From the NCBI GenBank assembly GCA_016873165.1, contig VGXV01000001.1, positions 93,643-125,642 of the forward strand: a stretch of 32,000 nt of DNA, in the 5' to 3' direction. Shown piece by piece: positions 17,952 to 27,295 of the stretch (the stretch's first letter is position 1; every line of letters begins with the position of its first letter). This DNA is from Planctomycetota bacterium. Its GTDB lineage: Bacteria > Planctomycetota > Brocadiia > Brocadiales > Brocadiaceae. Below the pieces are notes generated by a model. The model did not search any database and had not been told where the DNA came from. It saw only the letters and a program-made list of their open reading frames with translations. Made by a program: the position numbers and the translations under genes.

Positions 17952-18080
17952 TCACTCCTCCTTTTTCCATGCAAATAATATTACAAAAATCAGAGCTATG
18001 GTTACCACCAAAATAACTTTAGGGCTAACATCCGGAATAATTGATTTCTCCATGGATAAAGACAACAATTTGCCTATCAT
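17952..18080 (-). CDS. Possible 42-aa single-pass membrane peptide translationally coupled to lpdA
   Basis: Minus-strand ATG at 18080, preceded by AAGGAG about 10 nt upstream. It encodes MIGKLLSLSMEKSIIPDVSPKVILVVTIALIFVILFAWKKEE. The TGA stop (17954-17952) abuts the lpdA TTG start. It is too short for the ORF track. Confidence 0.35.
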   Translation of the reverse strand: MIGKLLSLSMEKSIIPDVSPKVILVVTIALIFVILFAWKKEE

Positions 18081-18151
18081 TTTTTATCTTCTCCTTTCCT
18101 GTGCTTTCATTGATATTAACTATTTAAAAAAACCTTATCTATTTTAAGTAT

Positions 18152-18183
18152 AAAGGCACACCCTTTTGATTCGATGTGCCTTT
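18152..18183 (-). terminator. Hairpin downstream of the radical SAM gene (candidate operon terminator)
   Basis: aaaggcaca (18152-18160) pairs with tgtgccttt (18175-18183) across a 14-nt loop, 36 nt after the stop codon. A T8 run on the minus strand lies about 20 nt further downstream rather than adjacent. Confidence 0.35.
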
Positions 18184-18218
18184 AACTATTTCTACCGGCG
18201 CAAACAGAAACCACTCTA

Positions 18219-19676
18219 TTATGTGGCAGCGCTTCCTACCAGTGGTTTTGAAACAGACACGGAACTTGACTTATAACAATCTTTGTAATAGTCACCAGAA
18301 TCATACAGCAATCTAAGGTTTTCCAGTACTTGATCAAACACCTGTCGCCAATCGGAGCCTACACGAAAAGCAAACATGGAGTTTTTTGGATTTTTTGTAG
18401 TATTGATAGAATTTCTAAAACGTTTTCTCAAGTTATCACCAGCATAAATATGGTCGTAAACATATTGCATGCCCTCGATAAAATCCTCCAACGTCATATC
18501 TACCAAACGGTGAACAACATGCGCAGTATCATAATATTCCCAATCATCAGGATAATTTTTTCTGAATATCCTCTTCTCCGAGTCCAACCTTTGATACAAC
18601 TGTGTCTTTGGGAAAGGACAGTTAATTCCGAAAGTCAGAATATCAATGTTGTTTTCCAATATAAAATCGGTCATCCTTTTAAATGAATCTTTGCCGTCTC
18701 CATCAGCCCCGAAAACTACCGATCCCCAGACAACCAGGCCTGCATCGTGTATCTTTTGAATACAATCATAATAGCTATCGGTACCCAGCTTTAAATTTAC
18801 CTTTTTATTCATCTTTTCCAGAACAGTTTCATTGGTAGATTCGATGCCCATAAGCATACCAAAACAACCGCTTTTCGCCATATAATCCAATGTTTCCTTA
18901 TCCTGCGAAATATTTAATGCTGTAAACCCTAACCAGTCTTTTTGAAGATTACGGTCGACCATACCTTTAAAAAGATTTCTGGCTCTTTCGTTTGATCGCT
19001 TCCCATGTCCGTAAAAATTATCCTCTGCCAGCATGAGCCCCTTATAATCAGTTGCCGCCAATTCTTCCAATACGTCTTCGTAAGGTCTTTCCCTGAATTT
19101 TCTCCCCTGAAACGTCGGAACACTGCAAAAATCGCAATAATTCGGACACCCTTTTGTTGTAACAATGGAAGAAAATTTATAATTATATTTTTTCCTCATG
19201 AACTCCCTGTCCGGGAAAACCCTTTTCATCAAATTTAAAGGAGGCAGACCTCCGTCATAAATCTTTTTTAACTTTCCTGCTTCAAAGTCTTTTATTACCT
19301 GAGGCCATACTTCCTCCGCTTCACCAATAAAAACAGCGTCCACGTATTTGGAAGCTTCTTCAGGCACAACTGAAGCGTGTATCCCTCCCATAATTACAGG
19401 CATCCCCTTCTCTTTACATACTTTAGCAATTTTGTATGCTCTGGGTGATTGGTAGGTTACGGCCGTAATACAAACAAGGTCTACTGGCGCAAATGTAAGT
19501 TCCTCATTATCGTCAATTGCCAAATCAATATTTTCATCAATTACATCAAATTCCCAATCGCCAGGCGTAAGGGATTTAATGTAAGCAAGGTTCAGTGGCA
19601 TCTGAACAATTACCGTAATACTCTCCTCTCCATGCCTCCCCGGCTTATGCGGATTAATGAGCATCATTTTTTTCAT
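18219..19676 (-). CDS. B12-binding-domain radical SAM protein (class B rSAM)
   Basis: The N-terminal ~140 aa are cobalamin-binding-like ('VDLVCITAVTYQSPRAYKIAKVCKEKGMPVIMGGIH'). The CxxxCxxC cluster motif is 'GCPNYCDFCSV' (Cys177/181/184, nt 19125-19148). A GGAGG SD lies 7 nt upstream of the ATG, inside the upstream gene. Confidence 0.85.
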   Translation of the reverse strand: MKKMMLINPHKPGRHGEESITVIVQMPLNLAYIKSLTPGDWEFDVIDENIDLAIDDNEELTFAPVDLVCITAVTYQSPRAYKIAKVCKEKGMPVIMGGIHASVVPEEASKYVDAVFIGEAEEVWPQVIKDFEAGKLKKIYDGGLPPLNLMKRVFPDREFMRKKYNYKFSSIVTTKGCPNYCDFCSVPTFQGRKFRERPYEDVLEELAATDYKGLMLAEDNFYGHGKRSNERARNLFKGMVDRNLQKDWLGFTALNISQDKETLDYMAKSGCFGMLMGIESTNETVLEKMNKKVNLKLGTDSYYDCIQKIHDAGLVVWGSVVFGADGDGKDSFKRMTDFILENNIDILTFGINCPFPKTQLYQRLDSEKRIFRKNYPDDWEYYDTAHVVHRLVDMTLEDFIEGMQYVYDHIYAGDNLRKRFRNSINTTKNPKNSMFAFRVGSDWRQVFDQVLENLRLLYDSGDYYKDCYKSSSVSVSKPLVGSAAT

Positions 19677-19680
19677 ATTT

Positions 19681-21138
19681 CTACCTCCAATTCTCCAAAA
19701 TTAAATTAGCAACACCCCATCCTGAAGAAACAACAGCACATATTCCAGGGCCAGGCCTTGTCCAATGACCCGTTAAATAAAGACCACCTACCGGCGTTGT
19801 CGGCGAAAGCCTTTGGTCCCATATTTGATCGGTACTTACGGCCCATCCATAAGCAGCCCCATTCGTATTCAACGTGTAACGCTCCAGGGTTTTCGGAGTA
19901 GCCGCTTCTATTACTTCTATATATTTTTTTATATCAGGCAAATAACCTTCCAACCTCTCCAAAGTGTTTGTAATCATATTTTGTTTTAATAGTTTCCAAT
20001 CCGTTACGTTTTTATAAAAATTATCCTTCTTATATACCACCAATGATACTATTTGCTTATTTTGGGGAGCAAGGGTCGGACATATTTTGGTTGGCACAGA
20101 AATATACAACCATTCATTCTCCATAGAATCATAATCCGAGCCAGATAAATAAAACCCTCTTTTTAAATTACCTAAATCTATCCCTTTACCAATCCCCAGA
20201 TATAAAAGGAAAAAAGTACAACTCTCCTTCATCCCTTCGATTTTTTTACGATACACCACATCAACATCATTATCATCCATCAAATCATAAAATGTCTGCC
20301 TTGCATCAATGTTTGATACAACTACGCGAGAATGTATCTCCTTGCCATTATCTAATTTAACGCCTGCAATAAATTTTTTGTTTATTAATATTTTTTTGAC
20401 TTTGGATGATAGCATAACGTGCCCGCCAAAATCAATAAATTTCCTAAAAATTGCATTTGCAAACTCTTGCGTTCCTCCTTTTGGGAAATAGGCGCCATCT
20501 TTGAGATAATTAATCATCATTTGAGACATAGCAAGCGCAGATGCCTTCGATGGCGGCAAACCGATATAGCCCCATTGCCCCGAAAGAACCATTTTTAGCT
20601 CACTATCATCAAAAAAATGATCAAGCATCATCCCATACGTCATGTCTTTATATTTTTCTATAATCTGACTTTTTTCATTATTAAATGTAGCGCGATAAAG
20701 TTTTATGAAATCCTGGAAAAAAATCTTAATGTTATCACTTTCATGCGGATATCTTGTTTGTAAACGCAACTGATATTCATCTAAATCGGCAGGAATTTCA
20801 ATGCTGAATGAAGGAAAAACTAAATTGTCCATAGGATCTAAATGATAAAAATCCATCTCAATCCCAAGTGTTTTAAAACAACGTCCAACTACGCTCCATT
20901 TCCCACACCCTCCGATGTGATGGACAGCGGCATCAAAATGAAATCCTTTTCTTTTAAACGAAGTACAGTATCCGCCCGGAATAAAATGCTGCTCGACAAG
21001 AAGTACTTTTTTCCCACTTTTGGAAAGGAATGCGGCACATATAAGACCAGCAATACCTGCACCGATTACAATAACATCGTAAAAAGAGTATAATGCATCA
21101 ATTTTTGTGGATTTTACAGGAGAATTGTCTGATAGCAT
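19681..21138 (-). CDS. FAD-dependent oxidoreductase of the phytoene desaturase (CrtI)/amine oxidase family
   Basis: N-terminal dinucleotide fold 'YDVIVIGAGIAGLICAAFLSKSGKKVLLVEQHFIPGGY'; C-terminal 'GLYLTGHWTRPGPGI' typical of CrtI-like proteins. Confidence 0.8.
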   Translation of the reverse strand: MLSDNSPVKSTKIDALYSFYDVIVIGAGIAGLICAAFLSKSGKKVLLVEQHFIPGGYCTSFKRKGFHFDAAVHHIGGCGKWSVVGRCFKTLGIEMDFYHLDPMDNLVFPSFSIEIPADLDEYQLRLQTRYPHESDNIKIFFQDFIKLYRATFNNEKSQIIEKYKDMTYGMMLDHFFDDSELKMVLSGQWGYIGLPPSKASALAMSQMMINYLKDGAYFPKGGTQEFANAIFRKFIDFGGHVMLSSKVKKILINKKFIAGVKLDNGKEIHSRVVVSNIDARQTFYDLMDDNDVDVVYRKKIEGMKESCTFFLLYLGIGKGIDLGNLKRGFYLSGSDYDSMENEWLYISVPTKICPTLAPQNKQIVSLVVYKKDNFYKNVTDWKLLKQNMITNTLERLEGYLPDIKKYIEVIEAATPKTLERYTLNTNGAAYGWAVSTDQIWDQRLSPTTPVGGLYLTGHWTRPGPGICAVVSSGWGVANLILENWR

Positions 21139-21144
21139 AAAACT

Positions 21145-22383
21145 CTATTTAAATTTTGATACTATCAAAGAAGAGCTGTTTCCTAAACGTGAGATAGAAT
21201 TTATAAGGACGTTTTTGACTGGAACAGTTGCCGCTTTTTCTACAACCAAACCAAGATCACATGCCGGATCGGGTTCCTTATAGTTGATTATCGGAGGAAC
21301 AGTATGTGTTTTGATAGACATCACTGCCGCCACTGTCTGCAATGATCCGGATGCATCAAGACATTCGCCTGTCATGGATTTGATAGCAGTTACAGGAATG
21401 AGTTTCGCGCGCATACCGAAGACCTCTTTTAATGCCTTTACTTCCATTATATCGCCATAGACTCCGGAATATGCATTGGCGGATATATAAGAAATGTCAT
21501 GAAGCGTCAGTTTTGCATCTTCCAGGGCATTTTTGATAGCCCTGATGCTGCCGTCTGCTTGATAATCTTTGCTCATTGCCATTTTCGGATCAAAAGCGGT
21601 TCCATACCCCTTAACTTCAGCATAGATGTTCGCATTCCTCTTCAAAGCATCCTCCAGAGTTTCAAGAATAACCAATGCAGAGCCTTCACCAAGGATCATA
21701 CCATTACGCCTTTTATCAAAAGGTGCGCTGATTTCCAGAGTACCGCTTTTACTTCCTGCCAGTATTTTTGAATTGTGCGCTCCCCAAAAGATATCATGAC
21801 CCAAACCATAAACTCCCCCTGCAATTACCGCCTTCACCCTCCCCATCTTCAGGAAATCTGACGCGTAAATGATCGCGTCAATGCTGCTTGTTACGCCATT
21901 TGAAATTGTAGTATTTAACCCTGTCGCTTTGCAAAAAATTGAAGCACGGCTAGCAGGAGCGTTTATCACTGTGTTAGGAAAGTCCATAGGATTTACATAA
22001 TTTGGACCTTCCCGTAACGACTGAAAATCAAAAGAACTTATACTATCTATACTGCCATACGTAGAACCAACAACAATCCCTAATTCATCTTCGCTATATG
22101 TGTTATTTTCAAGATTTGCATCCTTGATTGCCAGGCATGTCGCAGAAGATACCAGGAGAGACGTTCTATCGATATGGCGAATGCCTTTTTTCCCCAAATA
22201 AACTGTGGAGTCGAAATTTGTAATTTCCCCCGCCAGTTTGCTATTAAAATTACTTACATCAAACAACGTTATCGGTTTAATACCTGATACACCGTTTATC
22301 AAATTTTGCCAAAAAACATCTTTCGTTTCTCCGAGAGGTGAAATGACAGATATTCCTGTAATGACAATCCTCGTTTCGCCCAT
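21145..22383 (-). CDS. Ketosynthase-like protein lacking the Cys-His-His triad (KS-beta / chain-length-factor-like partner)
   Basis: Full-length thiolase-fold KS homolog, colinear with the upstream KS. The aligned catalytic positions read Val ('ISNGVTSS' vs 'PTACAAG'), Asn ('ISANAYSG' vs 'ISAHGTGT') and Glu ('SMTGECLD' vs 'SMIGHTMG'). Confidence 0.8.
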   Translation of the reverse strand: MGETRIVITGISVISPLGETKDVFWQNLINGVSGIKPITLFDVSNFNSKLAGEITNFDSTVYLGKKGIRHIDRTSLLVSSATCLAIKDANLENNTYSEDELGIVVGSTYGSIDSISSFDFQSLREGPNYVNPMDFPNTVINAPASRASIFCKATGLNTTISNGVTSSIDAIIYASDFLKMGRVKAVIAGGVYGLGHDIFWGAHNSKILAGSKSGTLEISAPFDKRRNGMILGEGSALVILETLEDALKRNANIYAEVKGYGTAFDPKMAMSKDYQADGSIRAIKNALEDAKLTLHDISYISANAYSGVYGDIMEVKALKEVFGMRAKLIPVTAIKSMTGECLDASGSLQTVAAVMSIKTHTVPPIINYKEPDPACDLGLVVEKAATVPVKNVLINSISRLGNSSSLIVSKFK

Positions 22384-22485
22384 TTATAAACCTCTTCTTA
22401 ATCTTATACGCTTCAACTTGTGGAAAAACCGATATAAATACAATTACTTTTTTAACAAGGATACTATTGATAAAAACGCACCTAT

Positions 22486-23706
22486 TTAACCCGTGAATTT
22501 TTTTATCACCAAACAGCTGTTATTGCCTCCAAAGGCATGAGCATTGTTCAATGCGATGTTTACAACTTGTTTTCTCATCACGTTGGGAACATAATCCAAA
22601 TCACACTCCGGATCTGGAGTAACATAGTTTATCGTAGGAGGAATAATGTCATTTTGTACCACTAATGCACAGGCAATCGATTCTATAACACTTGCAGCCC
22701 CCATCGTATGCCCGATCATTGATTTTATTGAGCTAATTGCCAGATGGCCTGGCTTGTCGCCAAAGACCTTCTTTATTGAAATTGTTTCTGCCTTGTCATT
22801 TGCCGGAGTTCCTGTGCCATGAGCGCTTATGTATTGAACATCTTCAGGCCTGAGATTTGAGTACTTCAACGCCTTTGCCATTGCAGAAACTACTCCTTCG
22901 CCATCCGGATGCGGTATCGTGATATGATATGCATCGCAACTCAAACCATATCCGATAATTTCGGCATAGATATTTGCATTTCTTTTCTCTGCGCATTCCA
23001 GCGATTCTAAAACAAGTATTCCCGCACCTTCACCCACCAGCATACCTTTTCTATTCTTATCAAATGGCTGGCATATTTCAGGTGCTATTGCTCCTAAGCG
23101 GGCAAAACCGGTAAAAGCAACTTTAGAAAAGGGGTCCGACCCTCCGGCAACCATCGCATCAACCCTTCCGAATCTGATTAAATCATACGCATAACCAACC
23201 GCGTAATTCCCTGCCGCACAGGCAGTAGGTATTATGGTATTGGGGCCTTTTAACCCAAATTCAATCGCAATGTTGGCGGGAATATTATTACACGGATGCT
23301 TCAAAAACAAACCGGGGTCTACTTTATCCTCACCGTCTCTATGCCTGATATGATTTACCTTTTCTAATATTTGTATTTCACCGGCAGTTGTGCCTACAGA
23401 AACTCCCATTCTTTCCAAGTTAACCTTGGATAAATCAATTTTTGCGTCGTCTAACGCAAGCTTCGTAGCCGCTATGGCAAATTGTGATCCCTTACCAATC
23501 TCTTTTAAAACACCGTTCTTAATATAATCTGAATAGTTAAAATTTTTTACCTCACACCCTCTGTGCACTCTGTATCCGGAAGTATCTATGCAAGCCACTT
23601 CATCCACACCGGATTTACCTGCAATAAGCGCACTCCAAAAAACATCTTTCCCCGAACCAATAGGGGTTATCATTCCCACACCAGTTATTACAACACGTTT
23701 ATTCAT
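22486..23706 (-). CDS. fabF: 3-oxoacyl-ACP synthase II-type ketosynthase (catalytically complete)
   Basis: '[15 protein letters not shown]', active-site '[10 protein letters not shown]', '[15 protein letters not shown]', '[14 protein letters not shown]', '[14 protein letters not shown]'. The ATG at 23706 is preferred. An alternative TTG at 23718 directly abuts the fabZ stop. Confidence 0.88.
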   Translation of the reverse strand: MNKRVVITGVGMITPIGSGKDVFWSALIAGKSGVDEVACIDTSGYRVHRGCEVKNFNYSDYIKNGVLKEIGKGSQFAIAATKLALDDAKIDLSKVNLERMGVSVGTTAGEIQILEKVNHIRHRDGEDKVDPGLFLKHPCNNIPANIAIEFGLKGPNTIIPTACAAGNYAVGYAYDLIRFGRVDAMVAGGSDPFSKVAFTGFARLGAIAPEICQPFDKNRKGMLVGEGAGILVLESLECAEKRNANIYAEIIGYGLSCDAYHITIPHPDGEGVVSAMAKALKYSNLRPEDVQYISAHGTGTPANDKAETISIKKVFGDKPGHLAISSIKSMIGHTMGAASVIESIACALVVQNDIIPPTINYVTPDPECDLDYVPNVMRKQVVNIALNNAHAFGGNNSCLVIKKFTG

Positions 23707-23718
23707 GATATTTTTCAA

Positions 23719-24168
23719 TTAAACTAACGAACTTTTCTCCGCAATCCCAAAAGTCAAAGCCGCTTTAGCTGCAATCTTTTCCTGTACTTTCACTACAGAC
23801 TGAACTATAGCGCCTTTCGATACAATTTTCTCAACAATAACTTCTATAGTAAGTTGATCACCAGGAATGACGGGTTTTGTAAATCTGGCATTATTAACTG
23901 ACGCCAGCAGAAAAACCGTATCTCCATCGTTTTTGGAAGGAAGGCTTTTTTTGAACAAAATTATTGATGCTTGCGCCATCGCCTCAATGATTAACACACC
24001 GGGCATGATGGCAAAATCAGGGAAATGGCCAACAAAGACAGGTTCATTACCGGAAATATTTTTTACGCAAACGATCCTCTTGCCTTCTTCAAACTCAATC
24101 GCTCTATCAATAAATATGAAGGGATATTTTTGAGGAAGAAGATTCCGTATTTCCTCAAAAAGTATCAT
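23719..24168 (-). CDS. fabZ: 3-hydroxyacyl-ACP dehydratase FabZ, operon-dedicated copy
   Basis: 'LPQKYPFIFIDR', 'NEPVFVGHFPDFAIMPGVLIIEAMAQ' (catalytic His and Glu present). The start is trimmed to the ATG at 24168. Confidence 0.85.
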   Translation of the reverse strand: MILFEEIRNLLPQKYPFIFIDRAIEFEEGKRIVCVKNISGNEPVFVGHFPDFAIMPGVLIIEAMAQASIILFKKSLPSKNDGDTVFLLASVNNARFTKPVIPGDQLTIEVIVEKIVSKGAIVQSVVKVQEKIAAKAALTFGIAEKSSLV

Positions 24169-24214
24169 AGTTGAATATCTCTTTCTTCCATTGCGCAATA
24201 GTTTCGAATGATTC

Positions 24215-24478
24215 TTACTTCTCACTCTCCGCCAGAACCGATTTTGTCAAACCAATCGTGGCACTTAACGAGGTAATATCTACAAGTTTTTCTTCGGGAA
24301 TTTGCACTTTAAATTTCTTTTCTATGAGAGCCAAAATCTCAAGCGCCAAAAGAGAATCTATCTCTAAGTCTTGAAAAAAATTCGCATCCCTTTTCTCCCA
24401 GATTTCTTTTTCATCCATCTCTGTAACCTCAGCAACTATAGAGGTTACACCCTTTTCAATCTCTTCGTCGTTCAACAT
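24215..24478 (-). CDS. acpP: Acyl carrier protein (dedicated)
   Basis: 87 aa and acidic, with phosphopantetheine attachment motif 'FFQDLEIDSLLALEI' (Ser42, nt 24353-24355). AGGAGG lies 5 nt upstream of the ATG. Confidence 0.85.
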   Translation of the reverse strand: MLNDEEIEKGVTSIVAEVTEMDEKEIWEKRDANFFQDLEIDSLLALEILALIEKKFKVQIPEEKLVDITSLSATIGLTKSVLAESEK

Positions 24479-24608
24479 AATCCTCCTTAATAATTTTTGC
24501 CTTATAAAATCCCTACGTCCATCCCATCATTTGCGAAATCTAAAGGAGAATCATGGTAGCAGACACAAATTATATTGTCAATAATATTCTTTCTGCGAAT
24601 GATAAAAA

Positions 24609-24637
24609 TTGACATGTATTCATCTTATGACTATAAG
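24609..24637 (+). promoter_or_regulatory. Candidate sigma70-type promoter for icd
   Basis: TTGACA (24609-24614), 17-nt spacer, TATAAG (24632-24637), about 85 nt upstream of the icd start. Pattern match only. Confidence 0.35.
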
Positions 24638-24720
24638 ATTGAATTTATCCCAGTATAAATGTACTATAACTTTTTTTATAAATTTATACAAAATTCAATA
24701 AATTAACAGGAGGATAGGTC

Positions 24721-25968
24721 TTGGTAAAAAAAGCACAGAAATTGTCAAATAACGGTAGCGCTATAAAAACAGAAAAATCGCACTTGATTGTTCCTGATAA
24801 TCCTATTATCCCGTTTATCAGAGGAGACGGCACCGGCCCTGATATATGGAATGCTTCAGTACGAGTATTTGACGCGGCAGTAAGGATTGCTTACAAAGAC
24901 AAAAAAAGGGTTCACTGGCTGGAAGCGCTCGCTGGTGAAAAGGCTTTTAATGAATGTGGTGAATGGTTGCCCAAAGAAACCTTAAATGCTATAAAAAAAT
25001 ATAAAGTTGCAATCAAGGGACCCCTGACCACTCCTGTCGGAGGGGGAATCAGAAGTCTAAACGTCACGCTTCGTCAGGAACTTGATCTCTATGCATGTGT
25101 CCGCCCCGTCCGTTATTTCGAAGGCGTTCCCAGTCCTGTAAAGTCGCCAGAAAAATTAAATGTCATCATTTTTCGCGAAAATACTGAGGATGTTTATGCA
25201 GGCATTGAATACAAAAAAGGATCTCCCGAGGCAAAAAAACTTTCTGCATTTTTAGAAAAAGAATTTAAGAAAAAAATCAGAAAGGATTCCGGTATTGGCA
25301 TTAAACCGATAAGCGTGACAGGAACCAAAAGATTGGTAAGACGGGCTATTCAGTATGCTATTGACAAAAAAAAATGCAGTGTAACCCTCATGCATAAAGG
25401 CAACATCATGAAGTACACAGAAGGCGCCTTTCGTGAATGGGGTTACGAAGTTGCAAATGATGAATTTTCAAAATTTGTAATAACCGAAGACGAAGTACAA
25501 AAAAAATATAATGGCAAAGCGCCAAAAAATAAGGTTGTTATAAAGGACAGGATTGCGGACGCAATGTTCCAGCAAGTACTCCTTAGACCTGAAGAATACA
25601 GCGTTATTGCCACACCAAATTTAAACGGTGATTATATTTCAGATGCCTGTGCGGCACAGGTTGGCGGGTTAGGCATGGCACCGGGCGCAAATATCGGTGA
25701 TAAAGCGGCAATCTTCGAAGCAACGCATGGAACTGCGCCAAAATATGCCGGAAAAGACGTTGTTAATCCTGGCTCGGTAATTTTATCAGGGGTTATGATG
25801 TTTGAACATCTTGGATGGGATAAAGCAGCAAGTATAATTATAACAGCACTAGAAAAAACCATTCGCCAAAAGACTGTAACATACGATTTGGAACGGCAAA
25901 TGGAAGGCGCAAAATTAGTAAAATGTTCGGAATTTGCAGACAGAATAATCGCAAACATGACACAATAA
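24721..25968 (+). CDS. icd: Isocitrate dehydrogenase (NADP-type, homodimeric prokaryotic class)
   Basis: '[16 protein letters not shown]', '[36 protein letters not shown]', '[27 protein letters not shown]'. TTG start 7 nt after AGGAGG. Confidence 0.95.
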   Translation: MVKKAQKLSNNGSAIKTEKSHLIVPDNPIIPFIRGDGTGPDIWNASVRVFDAAVRIAYKDKKRVHWLEALAGEKAFNECGEWLPKETLNAIKKYKVAIKGPLTTPVGGGIRSLNVTLRQELDLYACVRPVRYFEGVPSPVKSPEKLNVIIFRENTEDVYAGIEYKKGSPEAKKLSAFLEKEFKKKIRKDSGIGIKPISVTGTKRLVRRAIQYAIDKKKCSVTLMHKGNIMKYTEGAFREWGYEVANDEFSKFVITEDEVQKKYNGKAPKNKVVIKDRIADAMFQQVLLRPEEYSVIATPNLNGDYISDACAAQVGGLGMAPGANIGDKAAIFEATHGTAPKYAGKDVVNPGSVILSGVMMFEHLGWDKAASIIITALEKTIRQKTVTYDLERQMEGAKLVKCSEFADRIIANMTQ

Positions 25969-26030
25969 TTTTCAAATATTTAATTATATAGCATTTTGAA
26001 TTTTACAATTTCAGTATTCACACATCATGA

Positions 26031-26990
<960 letters not shown>

Positions 26991-27295
26991 ATTAATATCA
27001 ATATAAAGAAATAACTTCCCGATCATCTCTATAATTATTTTTGAATATGTAAAATTAAGGTTGTATTTTCTTCAATTATCTATTATTATAAATTCCATGT
27101 TGTGAATTATTTCGTCAATAAAATAAGGTGTAATTGATAATGATTGCATTGTGCAGCCATAGGCATTCAAGCGATACGAATCAAAATACCGCATTAAAAA
27201 AATCCTTCCCATTATCACAATTCAAACATTTCTGGATTAATTTTTACAAAACATCTTTTTACCTTATATGGGATTTTTTTTCCCGTTATACATCC

